A stretch of 64,000 nucleotides of DNA from Zygnema circumcarinatum SAG 698-1b (GCA_037447605.1 CM074808.1:248001-312000), one strand, 5' to 3'. Shown: positions 1 through 23,600, numbered from the stretch's first letter. Numbers and translations are program-made. Notes: generated by a model not told the origin, from the sequence alone.

Positions 1-661
1 CATCACTTCCTGCCTCTGCGGTGGCGCCAGCTGGCGCAGCAACCCTAACCCTAAACCTCTCTCGTTTTGGGCGGGCTCCTCCAAGCTCAGCAGCAGTGCA
101 GAATCCGAATTTGGGATTGGAAACCGAACGATAAATAAGAGTATGAGAAGGGTAAGAGGTAGGGAGGAGGCTGGGCTTAGGATTAGGGTTAGGGTTAGGG
201 TTAGGGCTAGGGTTCAGGGTTCGTGGAGAGAAAGAGAAGTGCCGGGGGGAAGAGCGGAGAAAGCAGCACGCCCATTGGAAGCGGTGAGAGGGAGAGGAAG
301 AGAGAGAGGGAGGGAGAGGGAGAGCGAGAGAGAGGGAGAGAGAGGGAGAGGGACGGGAGAGAGCCATGCCCGCCATGGCCACCGCCTTCGCCATGGACTG
401 TCGGCCGGGAATAGGCCATGGGCCTCGCGCAGGGCCCACGGCATGGCCATGCATGCATGTGGATGCATGGCTGGAGCTGGCTAAGTCATTAGTTAGTCAT
501 AGCTGGGCCCACACCGACACATGTCTTAGTTTAAAGCCAGTTAAACTGTGACAGGGACACATATGTAGGAAAGGTACACTCTGGGAATCCTTTCAGGTAC
601 TGTACGGCAATGTACAGATTCTGTACGAATAATTTGTCATTTTGTGCTCCAGGTGGTCCAT

Positions 662-669
662 TTTCCCGC
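662..669 (+). promoter_or_regulatory. E2F-binding site TTTCCCGC upstream of MCM2
   Basis: Exact canonical E2F consensus about 300 bp upstream of the ATG; MCM genes are established E2F targets. Confidence 0.7.
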
Positions 670-970
670 GCAAATTTGGAGGGCGCCAGCCAATGGGAAG
701 CCCTCGCCACATGTGCGAAACTGCTTACCGCATTTCGATGGAAAGCCGCATAGTGAGAGCTGTCCCCCAATTTAGGGTTCCGCCAGGAGAGGGTAAAAAT
801 TTAGATTTTTTTTTGAAATTTAAATTTGTGGGGCATTTTCCTTCCCTCTTCATTTTACTATTTCGGCGCAAGGCGTTAATTGGGTTTAAACCAGCACCTT
901 TTTTTTTTCTTACAGTTTCCTTGAAGTTTTTTTTTTCTTAAATTGAGTCGTTTTCAGATCCGAGCTTCAA

Positions 971-10691
<9,721 letters not shown>

Positions 10692-11086
10692 CCGCATCGC
10701 ATCCCTTTCTATCTTTTAAGTTTTCCTTTTTCATGTTGTAGACTTAGCGCCCTGTCGATCATTGCGAAACATATTGCATTCTTGCCCCCCCTCGGCTTTT
10801 CGTTTTTCTTTTCTTCAAACGCTTTACACCTATTCTTGTTCGAAAACTAGCATGTTCCAACCGTTCCAGAATAATTCTAACCTCCCTTGCATTCAAAGAG
10901 TCTCATGCATACTGGGCATCATCTGAACATATATTTTCAAGCCAAACAAAGCCAACCCCAAACCCAACCCCTCAACCCCAACCCCATCCCAACCCAACCA
11001 AATCCAATTCAAGTCCAAAGCCAACCCAAAGTCAAGACCAAACCCAACCCACAGTCAAGTCCAAAGTCAATGCGAGTCAATTTGAG

Positions 11087-13568
11087 TCAAGTTTGGTCCA
11101 GCGGCTCCAAAGCCCACCCTACATTCTCCATGCTGAGCCACTCCCTGACCTGCCCCCCCCGCGCCTCGAGCCTCCCCTGGTTCTCCATCTTCACCTCAAA
11201 GGGCGACCCAAGGCGGTTCAGCCACCCGAGGACCCTCTCCCGCGGGCCCACCTGTCCGTACGGACGGTTGCCGGACCCAAGCCCAGTCACAATTTCCATC
11301 CAATCAGGAAAATCAATAGGGCTTTCAAGGGCCATTTTTCTGAGTCGCATTAGCTCGGCTCGGGCCACTATGAGAGCTGCTCCCGGTTCAAAATGGACCA
11401 CATTCAGAACCCACTTATGGTTGGAGGAGAGTTCTGGAGGAGTGATGGTAGGGTGGAGGAGTCTCCTCTCCTTCATCTCCTCCCACATCCGTACAGCCTT
11501 CGCCAAGTAGCCTCTAAGCTCGAGGAAGGCGAGAAGAACATCCATGAATCTATGAGTGCCTTCTCTGAAGGGGGCCACCTTGAGGGAGTCCAAATGTTTG
11601 GCTACCTCCTCCCACAGCTCCTCTCCCTCTATGTGAGGGAGCTGCAACAGAACCACGAGCTCATGCATGGGATGGTCTGCAAGGGCCAAACTCTCTACCA
11701 AATACTCCAAACCCTCTTGATGTCCGCACCGAGTGTACTCAAAAAGAAAGTGAGTGTATAGCCTGAGAGAGCCCTTTATCCCCTCCTCATTCATCTCCTC
11801 CACTGCCTCCTTCGCCTCTCTGTACTTGAGCTCATCCAGCAACCCCTGCACGCGCAGCATGTACATGGCCTCCCCCTCCGTTCCGTTGTTCGATTTCTGT
11901 AACGATTTCGCCATAGAATCTGCTTCATCGAACCGCCGAGCATGCCGCAGAAACTCGATGAGAGTTGAATAAACCCAACTGTCCGGTTGGAGACCCTCTC
12001 TCTTCATATCGTCGAGGAGGTCTAAAGCATGATCGAGCAGCCCTGCCTTTCCGTAAATGTGCATCATAGAACTGTACGCATAGACATCCGGTGGGAAACC
12101 ACGAGACCCCATCTCTTTGAAAATCTGTTCTGCAGTTTCCAAGTCTCCGATTTCCCCAAACAGACAAATAACAGTGGTGTAAAGCTCCGTGCTTGCCGGA
12201 ACATCGCTTTCTTCCAAGTGATGGAAAACCTGCAAAGCATCATCTCGTCTCCATGCTTTCCGTAATCCGTTCAACAGCGAAACATAGGTCACCACATCCG
12301 GCTTACATCCGTCCTCTTCCATCCCCCAAAATGCCTCCAAAGCACGGTCCACCTCTCCACATTGAATAAAAGTTTTTATCAAACAATTGTACCCCACAAC
12401 ACTCCTCTCCAACTTCTCTGCCTTCATACTCTCAAACAACCTTTCTGCAACTTCCGGTTTCTTCACCTTCCCACAAAGGTCTATTAACATGCTATAGCTC
12501 CTTGAGCTCGGAGGCAACCCTCTCTTCTTCATATATTCCAATGCTTCCATTGCCGAGTCAAAATCCCCTACATCTCGAAAAAGTCGGATCACAGTTCTCA
12601 TAGTGTGAACATCCGGACTGCATCCCGCCTTCTCCAACTCCTTATAAACTTCAATCGCTTTTTGCGAATCGTTCGCATCCGCAAACCCCCTCATGATTCG
12701 GTTGAAGAATTGGGTTGTGGGTTTAAGGCCACTCGTTCGAACCTCACTCACTAACAGCTCCAAGCTCCTTGTCGCTTTCGCCTTCCCTAAAATGTTTACA
12801 AGTATGGTATAGACAACAATATTGGGGTGATAATTTTCCTGCTGACAAGACCACTCATGCAGGGCTAATGCTAAATTTGGGTCTTTGATATGAACCAAAA
12901 TCGACCCAAGTCTGAACACATCGATCTCTCCGTCCCATTTCTTTAGTTTTTCTCTCAAAACTAAACCCAGTTCCATGCGGTCCCGTTTAACTACTTCCGG
13001 AATGGAATCGAGAATTTCCAACACAGGACGAGTAAAGGCAGTTGGAGGCTTCGGGGGAGTTTCTATGTAGCCGGGAGCTACTTTATTTCTCGGTTCAGTA
13101 TCAAAATTTTCAGCTGCTGACCCGGCTGACCCATAATACTCATCTACTGGGAAATTTTCTTCAATGCGGGGATCTGCTTGTTTCGGGCTGCCCGGTTTCT
13201 TCCTCCCAGCCTTCACTGGCAGCTCGGGCAGCTCCTCAAAACTTTCCGGCCCTAAAAACTCGTTGCCGTAATCAGCTTCTGCAAAATTTCGTGTGGCGGA
13301 AATTCCAACTTTTCGAGGAGCAAGATGAAGAAGACGGCGACCCAAAAAGAAATTCGGTGCCCCCAAATTTTTTTCTTTAGTTTCCCAGAATTCGGGCTGA
13401 CCAAAACGTTTCAAACATTTTTCAGTTTGTGAAAGATGTCGCTCGAATAAAAAATTAAAAGTTGGACCCACTGTCGAAAAATTTCTTGCATTGGAAAAAA
13501 AATTCTTCGATAGAGGAGAAAGGCTGCCTGAAAATTTCGAGCGGAGACGGCGACAGAAATTGGTCACC
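11087..13568 (-). CDS. Pentatricopeptide repeat protein with C-terminal SMR domain (PPR-SMR), probably organelle-targeted; start codon unresolved
   Basis: Intronless 830-codon frame with many P-type 35-aa repeats (PNIVVYTILVNILGK, PDVVTYVSLLNGL, PDVYAYSSMMHIYGKAG). SMR motif LNVVHFEPGAA...IVTGLG...LGSPF....NQGRL; R/S/F-rich N-terminus. Confidence 0.92.
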
Positions 13569-13831
13569 TGCAGGAAATTATTTACAGGGACAGTCAAAAA
13601 TTAAAAAAAGTAAAAATATTTAAACCAAAAAATCATAAGCAAAAGCTGTGAGCGTACTTTGGCAGAAGTTATAACAAGATGTCAATTCATTTTTTTAAGT
13701 TATTAGGTCCAGCCAGTTCAATTTTATTGTTCCATTTTCTGCTTCTCAGAGGACTGAAGGAAAAAAAATTCAAGATGTTGTTTTTATTCACTCAAGGGCA
13801 GGCTTTCCCTTACTTAAGTAGGACTGGCATG

Positions 13832-13862
<31 letters not shown>

Positions 13863-15715
13863 CCACTCTCTCTCTCTCACTCTCCCCCACTCCCTCTCTC
13901 TTCCCGCCCCCCCCCTTTCCCCCCCTCTCACTCTCCTCCTCCCCCCCCCCTCTCTCTCGTTCTCCCCCCCTCCCCCCTCTCTCCCCTCTCTCTCTCTCCC
14001 CCCCTCCGCTCCCCCCCACTCTCTCTTTCTCTCCCTCCCTCCCTCTCCTTTCTCAACAGTTGAAAGTTATCGGAAAAATCGCCTCTATTCTACAAAACCC
14101 CCCCTGAGCAGGACGGATGTGAATTCCGTTCCATTCAAACGCAGAATTCAGAATCTGAAAATTTATATTTCAGTTCAGCCAAACTGGCCCGAGCAAAGCT
14201 CTCGTTCTTTCTCGACCTTGTGAAGACGAGGTGATGGGGAGGGAAATAAAATAAATAAATAAAAAGAGGTGCGGGCGGTCCTCAGCTCACGTACCATCGT
14301 CGCCAATGAGCGCGCCCGCCACGTGTCTAGTGGAGATACGTGCGATGACTCCGCTCTGTTGGAGCCGAGAGAGAGAAAGAGAGAGGAGTAGCGAGAGAGA
14401 GGGAGAGAGAGAGCGGTGGAGAGAGAGTGGGAGAGAGAGAGGGGGGAAAAGAGAGACAGAGAAAGGGAGGATGCCCTAACCCTAAACAAGCCCTAAATTC
14501 TCAACCTTGAAAAATTCAAGATCCTGGAAACACTCCAAACCCCTGAACCCTCTGCGCCCCTGCCATCCTGCGCCCCCTAAAACCCTAAACCCTCTGCCTC
14601 CCCTGCACCCGCCAAGCCGCCACTTGAGAAACAAAAAAAACCCTGAAAACCACACACAATGCTTTCAAACCTGCGACGACTTTAATTTTTTATAAAATTT
14701 AATAGAAATCCCTCAAGATGCTTAACTTTTTTAATTTTTATCTTCTTTCTAAATTTCCGCATTTCTAAAATATTTTCGGAGCGGAGTCGACACTGTGGTG
14801 GCTTTAGTCGCCCGGCTGGAACTTTCGCTCGTGCCAGATCCCAGTTCGTACAGAATGTCGGTTTGTCGTTTTGCGGAGCTCGTGAAATATCGTATCGTAT
14901 TGTCACAAGTTGTTCACTAACGTATCGTATATTATAGTATCGTTTTGTATCGTATCGTATCTATCGCTTGTATATCGTATCGTCTCGTATCGTTTACGTC
15001 TGTATCGTATCGTATCGTGTCACACGGTATATCGCTACATTCAGAACGATCGTGCGAGTTCGAGATGATTTCGAAACCAAAACTCGAAGTGTTCAAAAAT
15101 GACGGATTTTCCTTTCCTTTCTTCCCCGGGTTTGAAACCTACAAACCAGGTTTGCAGCCGTGAAACATTCCCAATAGGTCCCCTCGTCAGACTGTGCCAA
15201 ATTCCTCCAGTTATTTTATATTATTTATTCAAAGAATTTAAGGCCAACCACCAGACCTCCCCTCCCTCCGTAACTGCAAACAAATGACCCTGCAATTTCG
15301 ATTACAGTAAACAAAAAACTTTCAAATTATTCGCACAAACCTCATCACAATAATGATGATGATAATAAAACTTTCATCCATGGGTGCGCTAAGCACGCCC
15401 ATAACCCAAAACCCTAAAACTCTGAACCCCCCCAGCCCTTAAAAGCCCCCCCTCAGTTTCCAAACCAAGACGCTACTTGTAGTTTCAGCCGCTGCCGCTG
15501 CCCTCCCTCCCTCCCTCCCTCCCTCCCTCCCTCCCTCCCCTGTCAAAAACCAGTTTTCTATGAAAACCGAAAACCATGTAACCACTTTTGTTCTTTTTTT
15601 CCAAACTAAATCTTTCTCCTCATGAGTAAGGAGATTCTCCCTTTATCTTCCTATGTCCATGTGCAAATTTTTCCATCTTTAAAAAAAAAAAATAACAATT
15701 TTCTGTGATCCTCCC

Positions 15716-15906
15716 CTACTCCGCCTTCTCCTCGAGTCGCCTGAGCGCCTCCTCGCGCGAGAACAGGACCCGGCCCGCCCTCCTGTCAGGGCGCAGGCTC
15801 GCAAAGAGGGAGCTCCAACTCCTCCGCATGGGGAGACCCATCGTCAGGTCGTCGCGCCGGACCTGCACTCACTCACTCACTCAGACAGAGAGACAGACAG
15901 ACAGGC

Positions 15907-15937
<31 letters not shown>

Positions 15938-15966
15938 GAGACAGACAGACAGAGAGACAGACAGAC

Positions 15967-16009
<43 letters not shown>

Positions 16010-16112
16010 GAGACAGACAGACAGAGAGACAGACAGACAGATAGACAGACAGACAGATAGACAGACAGAGAGACAGACAGACAGACAGACAGACAGGCAG
16101 ACAGAGACAGAC

Positions 16113-16167
<55 letters not shown>

Positions 16168-16902
16168 ACAGACAGACAGACAGACACAAGGCAGACAAAC
16201 AGACACAGACATCCAGACAGACAGACAGACACAGACATCCAGACAGACAGTCAAGCAGACAGACAAATAGACAGATAGACAGACAGACCGACATCCAGAC
16301 AGACTGACAGACAGACAGACAGACAGATAGACATACACAAATTGACAGATAGACAGACAGACCGACATCCAGACAGACTGACAGACAGACAGACAGACAG
16401 ATAGATACACACCAATAGACAGATAGACAGATAGACAGATAGACAGACAGACAGACAAACAGACACAGACATCCAGACAGACAGACAAGCAGACAGACAA
16501 ATAGACAGATAGACAGACAGACCGACATCCAGACAGACTGACAGACAGACAGACAGACAGATAGACATACACAAATTGACAGATAGACAGACAGACCGAC
16601 ATCCAGACAGACTGACAGACAGACAGACAGACAGATAGATACACACCAATAGACAGATAGACAGATAGACAGATAGACAGACAGACAGACAAACAGACAC
16701 AGACATCCAGACAGACAGACAAGCAGACAGACAAATAGACAGATAGACAGACAGACCGACATCCAGACAGACAGACAGACAGACATCCAGACAGATAGAC
16801 ACAACACAAATAGACAGATAGACAGATAGACAGTCAGACATCCAGACAGATAGACAAAATAGACAGATAGACAGACAGACAAACATCCAGACAGACTGAC
16901 AG

Positions 16903-16935
<33 letters not shown>

Positions 16936-17183
16936 TCCAGACAGATAGACAAAATAGACAGATAGACAGACAGACAAACATCCAGACAGACTGACAGACA
17001 GACAGACAGACAGACAGACATCCAGACAGATAGACAAAATAGACAGATAGACAGACAGACAAACATCCAGACAGACTGACAGAGATAGACAGACAGAGAC
17101 AGACAGACAGACACATCCAGACAGAGACAGAAGATAGACAGCTACAACACACAGAGACAGACAGACCGACATCCAGACAGACT

Positions 17184-17217
<34 letters not shown>

Positions 17218-17251
17218 TAGACAGACAGATCAGAGAGACAGACAGATAGAC

Positions 17252-17282
<31 letters not shown>

Positions 17283-17665
17283 TCCAGACAGACTGACAGA
17301 CAGATAGACAGACAGACTGACAGACAGATAGACAGACAGACTGACAGACAGACAGACATCCAGACAGATAGACAAAATAGACAGATAGACAGACAGACAA
17401 ACATCCAGACAGACTGACAGACAGATAGACAGACAGACTGACAGACAGATAGACAGACAGACCGACATCCAGACAGACTGACAGACAGACAGACAGACAG
17501 ACAGACAGATAGACAGACAGAAAAACATCCAGACAGACTGACAGAGATAGACAGACAGACAGACATACAGACAGACATCCAGACAGATAGACAAAATAGA
17601 CAGATAGACAGACAGACAAACATCCAGACAGACTGACAGACAGATAGACAGACAGACTGACAGAC

Positions 17666-17698
<33 letters not shown>

Positions 17699-20600
17699 TC
17701 CAGACAGATAGACAAAATAGACAGATAGACAGACAGACAAACATCCAGACAGACTGACAGAGACAGACAGACAGACAGACAGACATCCAGACAGACAGAC
17801 AAATAGACAGATAGACAAAATAGACAGATAGACAGACAGACAAACATCCAGACAGACTGACAGACAGACAGACATCCAGACAGATAGACAAAATAGACAG
17901 ATAGACCTGGCCGTAGGTCTGACCTCGAAGGTGGTGTTGACGGCGGAGGGCGAGTCGAGCGCGGCGGCGACGACACGTGCCGCCTCCTCGCGCGAGAGCA
18001 GCCCTGTGATCGCGTCGCCTTGCGCCACCTGTCCGCCCCTCCGCCCCCCGCAAGAAACAAGGTGAAGGGAGGAGGGAGGGAGAGAGAGGGAGAGAGAGAG
18101 AGGGGAATGGAAAGGGAGAGAAAGAACGAAAGAGAGGGAGAGAGGCTGATAAGGGAAGTGGGGAGGGGAGGTAGAGCGAAGGTGGAGGGAGAGAGAAATA
18201 GAGAAAGGCGGGAGGGGAAAACAGGCGGCGAAAGGAGGAGAAGAGGGAGGGATGGCCGGAGGAAGTGGGCGAGGGCGAAGGCGTGAGAGAGAGTGAAGGA
18301 GAGGAGACGGAGAGAGGGAAAGGGGAGAGGGAGAGAGCGAGGGAGAGAGAGAGAGAGAGAGAGTTACCTCCAGATTGAACGGCTGGTCCTGATCTTTGTC
18401 AGTCAGCCCGCACGGCCGTACAACGCTATAGCGTAGTCCGCTGGCTCGCAGCATGTCTTCGCCGTTCAGTTTCCACGTCAGCACGCTCCCTGCCAAATGC
18501 AGCACAACTGAGTTTCTAACTGAAAGCATGGAACGGGAAAAGGAGGTGAGCTCCTTTCCACGGATTTCCGTCGATTTTGAAAACCATAAAACCTAAAAAA
18601 TCGTGATTACTACAGCTTTTCTGAACCCCACGAAAAAATCCTTCTAAAAAAAATCCCTTTTTTAAACATTAAGAGATAACAAGAAAAAAAAAAAGGGGCC
18701 CTAAAACCCTAAACCCTAACCTGGATTGAGCTTCACAATGGGGATGCTTTTTTCCCTCTCCTCCGAAATTTCAATTCTCGCGTTCCGCTCCACCGCCGCG
18801 CTGCTGACCAATAGGAACTGCGGCCGGGCTGCCCGGAAAGCTCGGATACTTTCAACCTGCCCGAAAAAAAAAAGAATCAATAATGAGTAGTGGATACATC
18901 AAATTTAGCAATGGTGATGGAGCGGATAAAGACAATATTTATTTTTCATATACAAAAGAGATGGATTCTGCAACAAATTTAAGTACAGGACTATCAAAAA
19001 AAGACGACCCCAATGTGTAAATAAATGTGTAAATTCCTCCCAAGAAAAAAAAATTTGAAAAATGGGCGGGCAGTGCGGCGGCTAACCTCCAACCGGAAGG
19101 GTCCGGGCGAAGCCAACGGATTCAGTTGCTTGTTGAACTGAAAGAGGGTGGCCAAAAGTTGGACCTGCCCGCCCAAACCACTCACATGCTAGTATTCAAA
19201 CTCTCCCTCTCTCTCTCTCTCCTTCCCGAACTCTCCCTCGCTCACCAACTCTCCCTCGTCAATCCTTCTCTCCCTCCCTCTCTATCCTCCCTCCCTCCCT
19301 CTCTCCCTCCCTCCCTGCCTTCACTCCCTCCGACCTTTCCCTCCTCCCTCCCTCCCTCCCTCCCTCCCTTCACTCCCTCCGCCCTTTCCCTCCTCCCTCC
19401 CTCCCTCCCTCCCTCCTCTTCCTCACTACTTCCCTCCTCCCTCCCTCCCACCTCTCCCTCCCTCCCTCCCTCCGCTCCCACCTCTCCCACCCTTCCTCCC
19501 ACCTCTCCACCCTTCCTCCCACCTCTCCCTCCCTTCCGCCCTCTCTCCTCTCCCTCCTCTCCCTCCACCCTCTCCCTCCCTCCCTCCGCTCCCACCCTCT
19601 CCTCCCTCCTCTCTTTCACTCCCTCTCACACCCTCTCCCACTCCCTCCCTCCTCGACCTCCCTCCTCTCTCTCCTCCCTCTCCCTCCCTCCTCTCCCTCC
19701 CTTCCCTCCCTTCCCTCCCTCCTCTCTCTCCCTCCCTCTCCCTCCCTCTCCCTCTCCCTCTCCCTCTTCCTCCCTCCTCTCTCCCACTCTCCAGCGTGAG
19801 CAACTCACAGAGTACACAGTCTGCGTGGCGAGAGGAGGGGCGTCCTCCAATAAATTCGCGCGATTAACCGCATAGAACCTGCACTTCTCAAGCCGAATTA
19901 AAAAAATAAAAGAGAGATTTGACGAGAAATCAAAAAAATCAAACATCCAAATAAAAAAGGACATTTATAACCTATCTGCTTCCGTTCACTGTAAGAAATT
20001 TCGAAGGAAAAAATTGCAGAAATGAGAAGAATAAAAAGGAGGAGGTGAGTTTGGAATGTTTCTCACTGGTCGAACGGAACGAAGACATCGGACCACTCTC
20101 CGTACAGCGTGTCGAACATCGCTGCGTACGGAACACCCTGGAACTCGGGCTCCTGCCCAGAGAGAGAGAGAGAGGGAGAGAGAGAGAGAGAGAGAGAGGG
20201 GAGAGAGAAAGAGNNNNNNNNNNCAGATTGAACGGCTGGTCCTGATCTTTGTCAGTCAGCCCGCACGGCCGTACAACGCTATAGCGTAGTCCGCTGGCTC
20301 GCAGCATGTCTTCGCCGTTCAGTTTCCACGTCAGCACGCTCCCTGCCAAATGCAGCACAACTGAGTTTCTAACTGAAAGCATGGAACGGGAAAAGGAGGT
20401 GAGCTCCTTTCCACGGATTTCCGTCGATTTTGAAAACCATAAAACCTAAAAAATCGTGATTACTACAGCTTTTCTGAACCCCACGAAAAAATCCTTCTAA
20501 AAAAAATCCCTTTTTTAAACATTAAGAGATAACAAGAAAAAAAAAAAGGGGCCCTAAAACCCTAAACCCTAACCTGGATTGAGCTTCACAATGGGGATGC

Positions 20601-23600
20601 TTTTTTCCCTCTCCTCCGAAATTTCAATTCTCGCGTTCCGCTCCACCGCCGCGCTGCTGACCAATAGGAACTGCGGCCGGGCTGCCCGGAAAGCTCGGAT
20701 ACTTTCAACCTGCCCGAAAAAAAAAAGAATCAATAATGAGTAGTGGATACATCAAATTTAGCAATGGTGATGGAGCGGATAAAGACAATATTTATTTTTC
20801 ATATACAAAAGAGATGGATTCTGCAACAAATTTAAGTACAGGACTATCAAAAAAAGACGACCCCAATGTGTAAATAAATGTGTAAATTCCTCCCAAGAAA
20901 AAAAAATTTGAAAAATGGGCGGGCAGTGCGGCGGCTAACCTCCAACCGGAAGGGTCCGGGCGAAGCCAACGGATTCAGTTGCTTGTTGAACTGAAAGAGG
21001 GTGGCCAAAAGTTGGACCTGCCCGCCCAAACCACTCACATGCTAGTATTCAAACTCTCCCTCTCTCTCTCTCTCCTTCCCGAACTCTCCCTCGCTCACCA
21101 ACTCTCCCTCGTCAATCCTTCTCTCCCTCCCTCTCTATCCTCCCTCCCTCCCTCTCTCCCTCCCTCCCTGCCTTCACTCCCTCCGACCTTTCCCTCCTCC
21201 CTCCCTCCCTCCCTCCCTCCCTTCACTCCCTCCGCCCTTTCCCTCCTCCCTCCCTCCCTCCCTCCCTCCTCTTCCTCACTACTTCCCTCCTCCCTCCCTC
21301 CCACCTCTCCCTCCCTCCCTCCCTCCGCTCCCACCTCTCCCACCCTTCCTCCCACCTCTCCACCCTTCCTCCCACCTCTCCCTCCCTTCCGCCCTCTCTC
21401 CTCTCCCTCCTCTCCCTCCACCCTCTCCCTCCCTCCCTCCGCTCCCACCCTCTCCTCCCTCCTCTCTTTCACTCCCTCTCACACCCTCTCCCACTCCCTC
21501 CCTCCTCGACCTCCCTCCTCTCTCTCCTCCCTCTCCCTCCCTCCTCTCCCTCCCTTCCCTCCCTTCCCTCCCTCCTCTCTCTCCCTCCCTCTCCCTCCCT
21601 CTCCCTCTCCCTCTCCCTCTTCCTCCCTCCTCTCTCCCACTCTCCAGCGTGAGCAACTCACAGAGTACACAGTCTGCGTGGCGAGAGGAGGGGCGTCCTC
21701 CAATAAATTCGCGCGATTAACCGCATAGAACCTGCACTTCTCAAGCCGAATTAAAAAAATAAAAGAGAGATTTGACGAGAAATCAAAAAAATCAAACATC
21801 CAAATAAAAAAGGACATTTATAACCTATCTGCTTCCGTTCACTGTAAGAAATTTCGAAGGAAAAAATTGCAGAAATGAGAAGAATAAAAAGGAGGAGGTG
21901 AGTTTGGAATGTTTCTCACTGGTCGAACGGAACGAAGACATCGGACCACTCTCCGTACAGCGTGTCGAACATCGCTGCGTACGGAACACCCTGGAACTCG
22001 GGCTCCTGCCCAGAGAGAGAGAGAGAGGGAGAGAGAGAGAGAGAGAGAGAGGGGAGAGAGAAAGAGAGAGAGAGTGAAAGAGAGAGGAGAGAGAGCGAGA
22101 GAACGGGGAGAAAGAAAGAGAGAGAGAGAGTGAAAGAGAGGAGAGAGCGAGAGAACGGGGAGAGAGGGAGGGGAAAGGGTGAGTCTTCACTCAAATTATG
22201 TCAAAAAAAACCCAGAGGAAGGGAGAGGGAGAGCGAGAGGAAGAGGGAGAGAGGGAGAGGGAGGAACGACAGAGAGAGAGAGAGTGAGTGTGAGAGAGAG
22301 AGAGAGCCGTACAGTCCGAACGGTCATTTTGTAGCGCTGTCCGTCCCCCTTAACGCGGAGCACAAATCCGTCGAAACTCGAAAGGTCGATCGGAGCTGAA
22401 GGAAGGCGCCCCCTGCACACGGGAAATTAGGGTTCGAAAATTAGGGTTTGAGAAATTAGGGTTTACAAGATCGGACTTTTCATAAGTCTTATTGATGGTA
22501 TGAGTTTCTGGGGACCGGAAAGACCTAATGGATCTCGTTTTGTAGTTTTTTTAAATCAAAGTAATAAATACGAAAAGAATCTGCAATTTGGAAATTTTAG
22601 CACCCCAAAATGACTAAAAAGGCCAAGAATTTGAACCCCTAAACAACCCTTTAACAGAGAAAGTTTTAGGGTTTTAGGGTTTTAGGGTTTTAGGGTCTCG
22701 ATAAAGTCACTTTACCTTGTGCTGGAAAATCCGCCGCCCTCCGAACGGAGTATACCTTCGAAAATTGCGCTGCCTGCGAAAAAGATATTGAATAAAAAAT
22801 AGAGAGTTAAAAATTAAAGTGGGGGTTAAAAATGTCACCCGAAAAGAAAGGGAGCAGGAAGAAAAATCTAAACAAGAAACAGAAAGGGCGATCAAAAAAC
22901 CCGCAATCCGAGAATCCCACGGAACCCTGATTTCTGCAAACCCAAACGAGGGAGGGAGGGAGGGAGGGAGGGAGGGAAGGAGGGAGGGAGGAAAGAGTTT
23001 TGGAAAGTTTTGGAGAGTTTCGGAGAGTTTTGGAGAGTTTTGGGGAGGGTGGGAGGGAGGGAGGGAGGAAAGAGTTTTGGAGAGTTTCGGAGAGTTATGG
23101 AGAGTTTAAGGGAGGGAGGGAGGGAGGGAGGGAGGGAGGGAGGGAGGAAGGAAAGAGTTTTGGAAAGTTTTGGAGAGTTTCGGAGAGTTTTGGAGAGTTT
23201 TGGAGAGTTTTGGGGAGGGAGGGAGGGAGGGAGGGAGGTAGAGGGAAAGAGTGAGAGTGAGACGGAGGGGGAGTGGAGAGAGCGAAGGTACAATTGCATA
23301 CCTTCTACTTTCCGGAAAGTTCCGTCGGAGATTCCTCCCATGATGCCATCGTTCATCTGAAACCATCCATCCACATAACTGCTCGTGGTTTCCGTGTCAG
23401 CATTTTCTATGTTTTCCGTTACAGTCCCATTAGTCGCAGACCCATTGGAGGGCGCATAGATCGCAGAGCCGCCGTTTTCGGAGGAAATTTCGTCAAGTGT
23501 ATTTTTTGACGAAAAATCAAAAAGAACAAAACTCCTCTCTTCCGTGTTCGCATTGTCCTCCAAAAATTTCCGCGACACGCGGATCAATGCGGGCACCAAT

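Noticed and set aside
1-480. Possible 5' end of a divergent minus-strand gene (window starts with CAT; telo-box and GA tracts)
   Set aside because: No recognisable coding sequence inside the window; the listed ORFs are low-complexity translations.
15705-18529. Long ORFs up to 882 aa (SVCL/QTDR repeats)
   Set aside because: Stop-free translations of the GACA microsatellite; only short embedded exons are real.
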